Assembly: GCA_963675615.2 (NCBI GenBank)
Contig: CAXXTD010000001.1
Span: 1,229,210 to 1,261,209, forward strand
Source of the DNA: an uncultured Desulfobacterium sp.
GTDB lineage: Bacteria > Desulfobacterota > Desulfobacteria > Desulfobacterales > Desulfobacteraceae
Length of the DNA: 32,000 bases
Reading direction: 5' to 3'
Shown: in pieces, positions 9,264 to 17,984 of the stretch
Position numbering within the stretch: position 1 is the stretch's first letter
Layout: the number at the start of each line of letters is the position of its first letter
Notes under the pieces: generated by a model
Databases searched by the model: none
What the model was told of the DNA's origin: nothing
What the model saw: only the letters and a program-made list of their open reading frames with translations
Program-made: the position numbers and the translations under genes

Positions 9264-10491
9264 AATTCTCCTGCTGCTGTTTTAAAAGGTCCAGGACCAG
9301 GTCGATGTCCGATGGGGTATGGGCGGCATTGATCTGAAAGCGGATGGTCTCGTCGCCCTCTGGCACCACGGGAAATGTAAGGCCCACGACCAGCACACCG
9401 TTTTGAAAAAGCGTTTCAACCAGCGCCCGGGTCCTGGGGGTATCCCGCACCATCAGGGGAACCACGGGGTGGGGACCGTCAATGGTTTCCATACCAAGGA
9501 GGGAAAGGCCCGTTCGGAACTGTTGGGTTCTTTGTCCAAGGCGTGACAATCGTTCCAGACCCTCGGCACTGTCACAGAGGTCCAGGGCCGCGGTCGCTGC
9601 GGCGCAGTCGGCAACGCTCAAGGGGTTGGTATAGATGTAGGTGTCGGCCTTCTGCCGCACGGCTTCGACCAGGGTGGCGCTGCCGGCGATAAACCCGCCG
9701 TTGACCCCAAAGGCCTTGCCAAAGGTGCCGACAATGATATCGGGCGACTGGCCGCAGAATTCAGGGGTTCCCCGGCCGCTCCTGCCATAGGCCCCGATGC
9801 CGTGGGAGTCGTCCACCACGGTGATCACCCCGTCCCTGAATCGTTCAATATAGGGATCGACAACGGCCTGGATGCGGTCAATGGGAGCATTGTCCCCCCG
9901 CATGCTGAAGATGCCGTCAAAAACCACCACCACCCGGTCCACACCCGGGTTCACCTGGTCAAGGCAGCGCCGCAGGTCGTCCATGTCATTGTGGCGGAAG
10001 ATCCCCTTGTTGGCAGAGGGCACATTGGCGATGCGCATGGCCCGGATAATGCTGTTATGGTTGAGCTGGTCCCCGATCCAGTGGGTGGCCTGCGTTGAAA
10101 GGGTCAGGGCCAGCCCGCAGTTGGCCGTGTAGGCCGAATTAAAGATTTTTGCCCCGGGTTTGTCCACAAAATCGGCCACCCGGGACTCAAGTGCCCGATG
10201 GTGGACAAAGGTCCCGTCAATAAATCGCACGGCACCCGGTCCCACGCCAAAATCCCGTGTGGCCCTGTCAGCGGCCTGGATCAGTTTGGGGTGATTTGAA
10301 AGGGAAAGATATGAGTTGGAATTCATGCGCAGAAACGGTTTGTCCATGCCTTCAAGGCAGTATCTGGGCCCGTTTTCACCCAAAGGGGGAACATAGCGTG
10401 TGATCACACGTTCGTCGGCCTTGGCCCGTCCCTGGGCCATGAGATCGCCAATCTCGACCCCAAGTGCCCTATCCAGTTTTTCAATCGACAT
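9256..10491 (-). CDS. PLP-dependent alpha-oxoamine synthase, glycine C-acetyltransferase (KBL)/BioF-like
   Basis: Motifs align with E. coli Kbl as I recall it: VRFIDGT, DGIFSMRGD, VVDDSHGIGAYGRSGRG, the PLP-lysine motif GTFGKAFG, and FPVVPEGDETIRFQINAAHT. I chose the start at ATG 10491 (MSIEKLD..., AAGGAG upstream) rather than the listed 10590, which would overlap the upstream gene. Confidence 0.88.
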   Translation of the reverse strand: MSIEKLDRALGVEIGDLMAQGRAKADERVITRYVPPLGENGPRYCLEGMDKPFLRMNSNSYLSLSNHPKLIQAADRATRDFGVGPGAVRFIDGTFVHHRALESRVADFVDKPGAKIFNSAYTANCGLALTLSTQATHWIGDQLNHNSIIRAMRIANVPSANKGIFRHNDMDDLRRCLDQVNPGVDRVVVVFDGIFSMRGDNAPIDRIQAVVDPYIERFRDGVITVVDDSHGIGAYGRSGRGTPEFCGQSPDIIVGTFGKAFGVNGGFIAGSATLVEAVRQKADTYIYTNPLSVADCAAATAALDLCDSAEGLERLSRLGQRTQQFRTGLSLLGMETIDGPHPVVPLMVRDTPRTRALVETLFQNGVLVVGLTFPVVPEGDETIRFQINAAHTPSDIDLVLDLLKQQQENYA

Positions 10492-10505
10492 GATTTTCTC
10501 CTTGT

Positions 10506-10979
10506 TCAAGGGGTCCATCCCCGGTCCTGACATTTCATCACATAATTTTCCTTGAGTTCCCGGATAAATGCCTCCATGGCCGTCCGGCACTGCTCCTGGG
10601 TGGATCCAGGATCCAGCAAAACCGTATCATACGTATTCTTGGCTGTCAGGTCATCAATGATCTCAAGCTCAATGCTCTGTTTGTCTGGAACAGGCATCTG
10701 CTTGTCCACAAGCTCGCACCCCACAAGGTGGGCCTGCCTTGCCACGGCAGACCGTGCCGTACTGGCCTGCCCCTTGTCCATGAGGGCCTGGAGCAGCATC
10801 TCATACCGGTCGATGGGGTTGCGCTGGTTACCGGAAGTCGCCGGATCGGCAGACCATCGCTCGATCTGCCGTTCACCCCGCTGGAACAGGGAGGTCAGGG
10901 TAGACTTGCCCAGGTAATGGATGCAGGCGGAAAAAAAAGCCCAGGTTTCACCGGGGGGGGTTGTCGGTTCTCGGTCCAT
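10506..10979 (-). CDS. hypothetical protein (157 aa), no recognisable motif
   Basis: Complete ORF packed tightly between dusB (20-nt gap) and the alpha-oxoamine synthase (14-nt gap containing its SD). Coding status is inferred from position and length only. Confidence 0.55.
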   Translation of the reverse strand: MDREPTTPPGETWAFFSACIHYLGKSTLTSLFQRGERQIERWSADPATSGNQRNPIDRYEMLLQALMDKGQASTARSAVARQAHLVGCELVDKQMPVPDKQSIELEIIDDLTAKNTYDTVLLDPGSTQEQCRTAMEAFIRELKENYVMKCQDRGWTP

Positions 10980-10999
10980 TTCGATCCTCTCTTTTAAAA

Positions 11000-11992
11000 T
11001 TAAACCAGAATCTCCCTCTGGGCGTCACACACAAGGTCTGCCTCATACCGGCGGATCAACGCCAGGGCCTGATCCAGGGTTTCTATCCCGGTAAGCTCCC
11101 TTCTGAAAACAGCGGCACCGGCAAACCCCTTGACAAACCAGGCCAGCCGGCTTCGCATCATCCTGCAGGCCGGTCTTTCCCCAAGGTATGCCACGTGGGA
11201 TACCACCATCTCCTCCATGATTCGGAAGATCTCCCCGGGGGAAGGTTCGCTCCAGTGCTCCCCCCTGAGAAGGGCTTCAATGCCGGCAAAGAGAAAGGGG
11301 TTGCCCATGGCAGCCCGGCCGACCATGACGGCGTCGCACCCGGTCTGCTGAACCATGGCAACCCCCTGATCGGGGGTGGTGATGTCCCCGTTTCCGATCA
11401 CGGGAATGGTGAGCATCTCCTTTAGACGTGCAATCACCGACCAGTCGGCCCGTCCCCTGAACCCCTGGGTTGCAGTCCTGGGATGGACGGCAATGGCGTC
11501 TACCCCGTTATCTTCTGCCATGCGGGCAATGTCAAAGGCCTGGCAAGCCGAAGGTTCCCAGCCCGAACGGATTTTGATGGTAAAGGGGATGGATACGGCC
11601 CTGCGCACAGCCCGTACAATGGCCCGGGCATTGTCCATATCCTTCATCAGGGCCACACCGGCCCCGGTCTTGGCCACCTTTTTAACGCTGCAGCCAAAAT
11701 TAATGTCAATGATGTCGGCCCCGTTTCTCTCCGCGATCCAGCGGGCCGCATTGGCCATGGACAAGGCCTCGGCACCAAAAATCTGAACAGACACGGGCCG
11801 TTCACCGGGATCGGTCCGAAGCAGCTGAACCGTCTTTTCCGAATTAAATTCAAGCCCCTTGGCACTGACCATTTCAGAACAGACCAGGGCACAGCCGCAG
11901 CGCTTTGCAATGCTCCTGAAAGGAAGGTTGGTAATACCGGCAAGGGGGGCAAGGACCGTGCGCCCCTTGATCTCAAGATCGCCTATTCTCAT
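11000..11992 (-). CDS. dusB: tRNA-dihydrouridine synthase (DusB/NifR3 family)
   Basis: VLAPLAGITNLPFRSIAKRCG, catalytic-Cys context DINFGCSVKKV, and AIAVHPRTATQGF. Start taken at ATG 11992 (MRIGDLEIKGR...). The listed start 12088 would overlap the upstream gene by 44 nt. Confidence 0.88.
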   Translation of the reverse strand: MRIGDLEIKGRTVLAPLAGITNLPFRSIAKRCGCALVCSEMVSAKGLEFNSEKTVQLLRTDPGERPVSVQIFGAEALSMANAARWIAERNGADIIDINFGCSVKKVAKTGAGVALMKDMDNARAIVRAVRRAVSIPFTIKIRSGWEPSACQAFDIARMAEDNGVDAIAVHPRTATQGFRGRADWSVIARLKEMLTIPVIGNGDITTPDQGVAMVQQTGCDAVMVGRAAMGNPFLFAGIEALLRGEHWSEPSPGEIFRIMEEMVVSHVAYLGERPACRMMRSRLAWFVKGFAGAAVFRRELTGIETLDQALALIRRYEADLVCDAQREILV

Positions 11993-12044
11993 GGGATAAT
12001 TTCCTTTACAATGACCTGTCCATGGCAAGCGTTGCCCCCCGGAC

Positions 12045-12422
12045 TCAGGGTTTTGAGCTGTTTTTATTTCTGGCACGCACATCGGCAAGGGAGATCACCT
12101 TGCCGCGGCTCTCCTGGGGGGACTGTCCGGGCGCGTCCTCCTTTTGGGGATCAACCGCTGCATCCCCGGCCGCTTCCAATGCCGTCTCTCCCGGAGCCTC
12201 GACCACCTCAATTTTCATGCGCTTTCCCCCCATGAAGAAATCGTCACCGTTGATGTAAAGATCCTTCAACGTCCAGGTCACGGTCTGGAGGGGGATCTGG
12301 AGCATGAGCAGGGTGATATGGTACCAGTCCTTTTTCACGTCCGGTTCAATGGACTCCACCCTGGCAAACGAGACAGGCGTATCCTCCAGATAAATCAAAA
12401 CAACATCATTTTCCCTGGCCAT
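12045..12422 (-). CDS. hypothetical protein (125 aa): compact N-terminal domain plus acidic, Ala/Pro-rich tail
   Basis: Complete ORF with AAAGGAAAAAAAATG context, first gene of the minus-strand block. No motif recognised. Confidence 0.5.
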   Translation of the reverse strand: MARENDVVLIYLEDTPVSFARVESIEPDVKKDWYHITLLMLQIPLQTVTWTLKDLYINGDDFFMGGKRMKIEVVEAPGETALEAAGDAAVDPQKEDAPGQSPQESRGKVISLADVRARNKNSSKP

Positions 12423-12707
12423 TTTTTTTCCTTTTTGTAAGATTCTGCCACTGTTTTTTACCCGTTTTCTTATAGCACATTATCCCCCCTCCATAAAGGG
12501 AAAGGTGACACCCCTCCCTTCTGGGACCGCCCTGGGAGAGGCTGGACAGCCCCTACGCCATATATAAAATGCCGGGGCTGCCCGGGTTAAAGCCGACCCG
12601 TGGTTCAGGGTTTGGACTTGACAGGAGCATGCCTGTCCGGCTAAGAGGGGTCAGGAGGGTGCCCCGGGTGCCCGCTTTGATTTTCAACCGGTTTGGACTA
12701 AAAGGTT

Positions 12708-13370
12708 ATGGACAAAATCAGCATCCTGTTTGATCTGGATGGAACGCTCACAGACCCCTTACAGGGCATCACAAGGTGCATCTGCCATGCCATGGCTGCC
12801 CTGGACCAGCCATTACCGCCCCAGACGGATTTGCGGTGGTGCATTGGACCGCCCCTGAAAGAAAGCTTTGCCATCCTGCTGGAATCCAATGATGACCACT
12901 TTACCGAAAGGGCCCTTGGGATCTACCGGGAGCGATTTGGCAGTGTCGGCCTGTTTGAAAACAAGGTCTATGAAGGTATCCCCCAGGCACTGAAAAGCCT
13001 TCAGGCTGCTGGCCACGCCCTCTTTGTTGCCACATCAAAGCCTAAAGTTTACGCCCGGCGGATAGTCGACCACTTCAACCTGCGCCAGTATTTCAATGCC
13101 GTCCATGGCAGTGAACTCGACGGCACCCGAACCGATAAAACCAGTTTGATCGCCCACATTCTCCACCGTGAATCCCTTGACTCGTCCAGGACAGTTATGA
13201 TCGGGGACCGCCGGCATGATATGATCGGTGCAGCAGCCAACAAGGTGTGCGGGGTTGGCGTTCTCTGGGGGTTTGGAACAAAAAAGGAACTGACCGATTC
13301 TGGGGCATGCACCTGCGTCCAGAGCCCTCCAGGGCTGGTCACAACATTCAACCCAGAAGGGACCCCATGA
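12708..13370 (+). CDS. HAD-IA family hydrolase (phosphoglycolate-phosphatase-like)
   Basis: HAD motif I FDLDGTLTDP, motif II ATSKPK, motif III GDRRHDMIGA. Confidence 0.9.
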   Translation: MDKISILFDLDGTLTDPLQGITRCICHAMAALDQPLPPQTDLRWCIGPPLKESFAILLESNDDHFTERALGIYRERFGSVGLFENKVYEGIPQALKSLQAAGHALFVATSKPKVYARRIVDHFNLRQYFNAVHGSELDGTRTDKTSLIAHILHRESLDSSRTVMIGDRRHDMIGAAANKVCGVGVLWGFGTKKELTDSGACTCVQSPPGLVTTFNPEGTP

Positions 13371-14323
13371 ATATTGCTCTGTTATACGAACATCCCACCT
13401 GGTCTGACGCCTTGATTCAAACATTTCAATCCAATGGGATTGATTTAAGACTGATCAATGTTGCAGACCTCTGTTTTGCCCCGGACCAGGAGCGCCCCGA
13501 TTTTGATTTTGCCGTCAACCGCATTAATATCATGCCGTCTTCAGGAAGAAATCCATCCGTTGTTTTCCACACCCTTCACTACTTGAACTGGCTGGAAGCC
13601 ATGGGGGTAACCATTGTCAACGGCAGCCATACCCACTTTACGGGCGCCTCCAAGGCCCTTCAAAACGGGCTGTTTGCCAGACTGGGACTCCATTGCCCCC
13701 GGGCGGTGGCCGTGCATCAGCTCCAGGACGTGTTAACGGCCGCCGAATCCATCGGGTTCCCGCTGATTATCAAACCCAATATCGGGGGTTCCGGAAGCGG
13801 AATTGCCCGGTATGATTCCCGTGGAGAACTGGAGACGGCAGTTGAATCGGGGAATTTCGACCTGGGGATTGACGGCACCGGCCTGGTCCAGGAATATATT
13901 CATTCCGATGGCTACGTCTACCGGGTTGAAATTCTTGGCAACCGCCTTTTTTACAGCATCCGGCAGGAAATGGTGGCCGACACCTTTAACTACTGCGCGG
14001 CCGACGGCTGCTCAATTTCCCGGCCGACCCAGGACCAGGGTGCCGCCTTTGACCATTGCGCCCTGAAGCCTGGGGCCCGCATTCAGCCCTTTGAAGCCGA
14101 TGCCGCCATTGTTGCCCAGGTGGTATCCATCATACAGGGTGCCGGTGCCGACCTTGGCGGTGTGGAATACCTCATGGACACCCGAACGGGCACCCCCTGC
14201 TTCTATGATTTCAACCCCTACTCAAACTTTGTCTCCAACGGGCAGGCCCTGCTCGGATTTTCCCCGGAACAGAGATTTGTTGACTATATCCGGGAAGTCA
14301 GGCACAGGCAACGCCCCAGTTAA
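13367..14323 (+). CDS. ATP-grasp domain protein (RimK/glutathione-synthetase-like ligase)
   Basis: Start at ATG 13367 (MNIALLYEHPTWSD...) forms an ATGA overlap with the HAD stop. Typical ATP-grasp core: FPLIIKPNIGGSGSGI, LVQEYI, YRVEILG. The listed start 13247 lies inside the HAD gene. Confidence 0.82.
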   Translation: MNIALLYEHPTWSDALIQTFQSNGIDLRLINVADLCFAPDQERPDFDFAVNRINIMPSSGRNPSVVFHTLHYLNWLEAMGVTIVNGSHTHFTGASKALQNGLFARLGLHCPRAVAVHQLQDVLTAAESIGFPLIIKPNIGGSGSGIARYDSRGELETAVESGNFDLGIDGTGLVQEYIHSDGYVYRVEILGNRLFYSIRQEMVADTFNYCAADGCSISRPTQDQGAAFDHCALKPGARIQPFEADAAIVAQVVSIIQGAGADLGGVEYLMDTRTGTPCFYDFNPYSNFVSNGQALLGFSPEQRFVDYIREVRHRQRPS

Positions 14324-14372
14324 GCTGGTTCCCGTACAACAGGCTGTCCGTAAGGTGTCTGCCAGCCAAGGA

Positions 14373-15434
14373 TCAGGGCAATTGATACTTTCCGATACGA
14401 TCGTTGTGCAGGCTTCCAAGATAGAGGTATCCATTGTATTCCCTGGCAGATGTGATCGCCCCCAGGTGGCTGCCGGTGGGGTCATGCAGGCTCCGGGTGA
14501 TGCGCCCCTGTTCATCCAGGGCCACCACCAGGCCGTAGGGCTTTGGCAGGGGCCACAGATTCTGGGGCAGTTTGGCTATCTGCGCTTTGACAAAGGGATG
14601 GGAGTGAAGCATGTCCAGGGCGTTGTTTCGGACGGTGAAAAGGGCCAGCCAGAAGGTGCCGTTGCGGTTGCTTGAAATATTATCGGGAAATCCCGGCAGA
14701 TTATCAATAAAGATGTCCCATGTTCCGGCCCAGGGTCCCTTTAACCAGTATCGGAGCACCCTGTAACGGCAGGTCTCGTTGATCAAAACAAAATCTTCCT
14801 GGCTGGACAGGGCCACGCCATTGGCAAAATACAGATCCTTCAGCAGCACCTTGACCTCGCCGCTGTCTGGGTCGTATCCCATGAACCGGCCATGGGGTTT
14901 TGCTTCCAGTAGATCGTACAGATACTCATTCAGGGAATACTTTGCACTCGCATCGGTAAAATAGATGGTACCGTCACGGGCAATGTCCAGGGCATCGGTG
15001 AACTTGAAGGCTACGCCGTCGGCCGAGGTACAAAGCACGTTGATCTCTCCTGAAGGGTTGATCGACAGCAATCCCTTAAACCCATCACAGACGATCAAAT
15101 TGCCCTGGGCGTCAAACTGCATCCCCAGGGGACGACCCTGGGTTTCGGCAAAGGTTTCCAGACGCCCATCGGGCAGAAGCCTCACGATTCTGCCCTCCTG
15201 GGTTCCCCCATAGACCCGGCCCTGGCTGTCCACGGCCACCTCTTCCGGTCCGTGGATGTTTCCCAGGGCCAGAAGTTCGGCCTGCTGCAAAAGCGTGTTG
15301 GGTGCAAGGGCGCCGGCAAGGGGATCCAATCGGGCAGGGAGAAAGGCCACCGGGTCAATGGGTGCGGGCTGGACCAGGAAAATTGCAATGATCACAGCCA
15401 GCGCTACACCCGTCCCGACCACTATTTTTCCCAT
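14373..15434 (-). CDS. strictosidine-synthase-like / SMP-30-gluconolactonase-LRE beta-propeller protein with N-terminal membrane anchor
   Basis: N-terminal hydrophobic helix (VVGTGVALAVIIAIFLV). Propeller-type repeats follow: GPEEVAVDSQGRVYGGTQEGRIVRL, DIARDGTIYFTDAS, ANGVALS, PDNISSNRNGTFWLAL. Confidence 0.8.
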   Translation of the reverse strand: MGKIVVGTGVALAVIIAIFLVQPAPIDPVAFLPARLDPLAGALAPNTLLQQAELLALGNIHGPEEVAVDSQGRVYGGTQEGRIVRLLPDGRLETFAETQGRPLGMQFDAQGNLIVCDGFKGLLSINPSGEINVLCTSADGVAFKFTDALDIARDGTIYFTDASAKYSLNEYLYDLLEAKPHGRFMGYDPDSGEVKVLLKDLYFANGVALSSQEDFVLINETCRYRVLRYWLKGPWAGTWDIFIDNLPGFPDNISSNRNGTFWLALFTVRNNALDMLHSHPFVKAQIAKLPQNLWPLPKPYGLVVALDEQGRITRSLHDPTGSHLGAITSAREYNGYLYLGSLHNDRIGKYQLP

Positions 15435-15626
15435 ACCCGAACCCTCCTGTGACTGGTTATCGCCTTATCCCATCGACCATGAACGATCAACCATAACCCA
15501 TCTTCAAATTGTTTTGAACCCTTTATTTGGTTTGCCAATGAATCGGGCCTGCACCTGTGCCCCAGGGCGTCTGCCCCTGCATGTCCAGGCCAGAATTCTC
15601 CAGTGGATACTATCCGGATCTTCAGC

Positions 15627-17730
15627 TCAAGCCCCCTTGCCGGCCTGGGCCTGTATGGCCGTGATGGCTACCGTGTTGACAATGTCCGGAACCGTGCAGC
15701 CCCGGCTCAGGTCGTTGATGGGTTTGTTCAACCCCTGGAGAACGGGACCGATGGCCACGGCTTTTTCCGATGCCCGCTGCACTGCCTTGTAGGTATTGTT
15801 GCCCGTGTTCAGGTCTGGAAAGATAAACACCGTGGCCCTTCCTGCCACCATGGAATCGGGCAGTTTTGTCTTTGCAACCTCAGGATCAATGGCAGCATCG
15901 TATTGAAGGGGGCCTTCAATGGGCAGGGACGGCATCATCTGCCGGGCCAGCAGGGTCGCCTGGATCACCTTTTCCACATCCTTTCCCGTTCCTGAAGATC
16001 CCGTGGCGTAGGAAAGCATGGCAACCCTGGGATCAATACCAAAGACCGCTGCCGTCTTTGCCGACGTGACGGCAATCTCAGCCAGCTGCTCGGCCGTTGG
16101 GTTCGGGTTGATGGCGCAGTCACCAAACACCAGGACCCGATCCTTGAGACACATGAGAAACACCGACGAAACAATTGAGGCCCCCGGACAGGTCTTGATG
16201 ATCTGAAACCCGGGTGTGATGGTGTGGGCCGTTGTGTTGATTGATCCGGACACCATGCCGTCGGCATCCCCCTTGTGGACCATCATGGTACCAAAATAGG
16301 TGGGATCCACCATGGTATCCCCGGCCATGTCCAGGGTGACTCCCTTGGACTTGCGTATCTCGTAAAAGGTCTTGACATAATCTTCCAGAAGGGGACTCTT
16401 GTCCGGCTGCACAATGTTCGCCCCGGACAGATCCAGGCCCAGCGCCTGGCTCTTTTGATTGACGGCATCAACCCGGCCGAGCAGGGTGATGTCACAGACG
16501 CGGCGGCGTAAAAGAATCTCGGCGGCCCGCAGGATTCTCTCTCCAACGCCCTCGGGCAGCACGATATGCTGCCGTATCTTTTTTGCCTTTTCAATAAGAC
16601 CGAATTCAAACATCTGGGGGGTGATGCGCAAAGATTTCCTGGCAGCCAGTTTGTCTCGAAACTCTTCCGTATTTACATGGCTCTCAAACGTGCCAAGGGC
16701 CAGGGCTATCCGCTTGGGATTTTCCGGAGAAATCCTTCCCTGGAGCTGGTTCAGCGCCATTACCGCTGAATAGGTTGTTGCCCCTGACTGGAGAATGGGC
16801 ACGGGCACCCCCTTCCACCCCTCGATAAGCCGGATGATCGTTTCCGGCATCCGGATTCCCTCGGTCACCAGGATACCTGAGATATCGGGATAGGACGTGG
16901 AATACCGGGAGGCAAGACCGGTTAAGACAATGCTTGACCGATCCCCGGAACTCACGACCAGGCTGTCCTTTTTGATGTGGTTGAGAAAGTCCGGGGCCAG
17001 CATGGCGGCAATGACGCAATCCGAAATCTGGTTGTCCATGGCCTCCTGACCGTAGAGCACCTCTGCGCCGAAATAGTTTTGAACGTCCCGGAGGGTGGGC
17101 CGGCCCAGGCCATCCAGCTCCGGAATCGTGTAGACCAGGTTGTCGGACCGGTAAAGTTTCTCTTTAAGGATCGCCCTTAACTCTTCCAGGCAAAGGGGAT
17201 CCACGCGGTTGACCAGCACCCCAAGCACATCCACCCCTTTGCTTTTAAAACTCTCAATGGCAATCTGGTTGGCGCTGACCACCTCATCAATGCTCTTCTG
17301 AAAACCGTTGGACACCACCAGGGCAGGTGTACCGAGATCCGCCATGATGTCAGCGTTGATATCAAACTCAAAGGCTTCACTGCCGGCAGCGCAATCGGTG
17401 CCCTCGCACAGGACAAACCGGCACTTTTCCTCGAGCTGCTTGTACTTGTTGAGTATGGTCTCCATCATTTCAGACTGGCGGCCCGAATTGATCATTTTCC
17501 GCCTCTTCCATGGTATAGGCATAGGTTTCCTCGTACCTTAAGCCCATGTAGAAGTGGGACAGCACAAGATCAATGTCAAAATCTTTACCCTTGTTTCCAG
17601 GCGGATTGATAATCGGCCTGAAAAACCCGACAATTCGAATGTCCCTTAGCAGCAGCTGCATGATCCCGAGCACAATCAGCGATTTTCCACTCCGGGTCTG
17701 GGTGGATGTGATGTATAGACTTTTTGCCAT
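15627..17730 (-). pseudogene. pta: phosphate acetyltransferase, long (about 700-aa) form, split by a 1-nt frameshift (or sequencing error) into ORFs 17470..17730 and 15627..17522
   Basis: The C-terminal PTA domain is unmistakable (SGSINTTAHTITPGFQIIKT, VFGDCAINPNPTAEQLAEIA, ATVFIFPDLNTGNNTYKAVQR). The N-terminal part MAKSLYITSTQTRSGKS...AYTMEEAE continues as (K/N)MINSGRQSEMMETILNKYKQLEEKCRFVLCEGTD only after a frame change within GCGGAAAATGATC (about 17491-17503). The total span of 2104 nt equals 3n+1. Confidence 0.85.
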
Positions 17731-17774
17731 GTTCAAATCCTTTTTTTGTTTTTTGGAGAACTCCATGGCTTTTT

Positions 17775-17790
17775 AGCAAAATAGATGCCA
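17775..17790 (-). promoter_or_regulatory. sigma54 (-24/-12) promoter upstream of pta
   Basis: The minus strand reads TGGCAT(17790-17785)-ctatt-TTGCT(17779-17775), against the consensus TGGCAC-N5-TTGCW. It lies 45 nt upstream of the pta ATG at 17730, in the 255-nt gap after the sigma54 activator gene. Confidence 0.6.
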
Positions 17791-17846
17791 CGGCAGGTGG
17801 TCTGCCGACAATGACGACCGGCCGGCCCCAAAAAGGCTGAAACTTC

Positions 17847-17860
17847 ACCCGTGCACGGGT
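17847..17860. promoter_or_regulatory. perfect 14-bp palindrome ACCCGTGCACGGGT, candidate enhancer (UAS) for the pta sigma54 promoter
   Basis: The palindrome was read directly from the sequence. Its near edge is 57 nt upstream of the -24 element. Function is inferred only from position. Confidence 0.3.
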
Positions 17861-17984
17861 TTTCCACCGTCCAGACAATCCAATGGTCCCCCCCATCGCA
17901 TGCCGCGACAATGGCAGGTCTGATATTTTTTTCATGGTGTAAAAAAAATTGACACCCCTGACCCCTGTGGATCAACGCTCCTTG

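Noticed and set aside
8409-9332. 307-aa + strand ORF, the longest unassigned ORF in the track
   Set aside because: It is entirely antisense to the exonuclease gene and the 3' end of the alpha-oxoamine synthase. It has a Gly/Pro/Val-rich composition typical of shadow ORFs in GC-rich DNA and no motifs. The same reasoning applies to 711..1292, 5901..6545, 6850..7512, 11483..12235, 24097..24696, 24790..25359, 25930..26733, 31376..31912 and the other antisense ORFs.
10492-10590. Longer starts for the alpha-oxoamine synthase (10590), dusB (12088), the ATP-grasp gene (13247) and pta (17766)
   Set aside because: Each extension overlaps the upstream gene or, for pta, lies at or upstream of the predicted sigma54 start site. 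Each internal ATG has a better SD and yields a family-typical N-terminus.
12446-12461. TGGCAG-aatct-TACAA on the minus strand upstream of the 125-aa ORF
   Set aside because: The -12 element lacks the essential GC (TACAA instead of TTGCW), so it is probably not a sigma54 promoter.
12423-12707. 285-nt divergent intergenic region with GC-rich repeats (GGGTGCCCC GGGTGCCC) and small hairpins; considered an ncRNA or tRNA-like element
   Set aside because: No cloverleaf, T-loop (GGTTCGAAT-type) or known riboswitch core could be traced. The TTGACA-N18-TAAGAG promoter candidate has a poor -10. Left unannotated.
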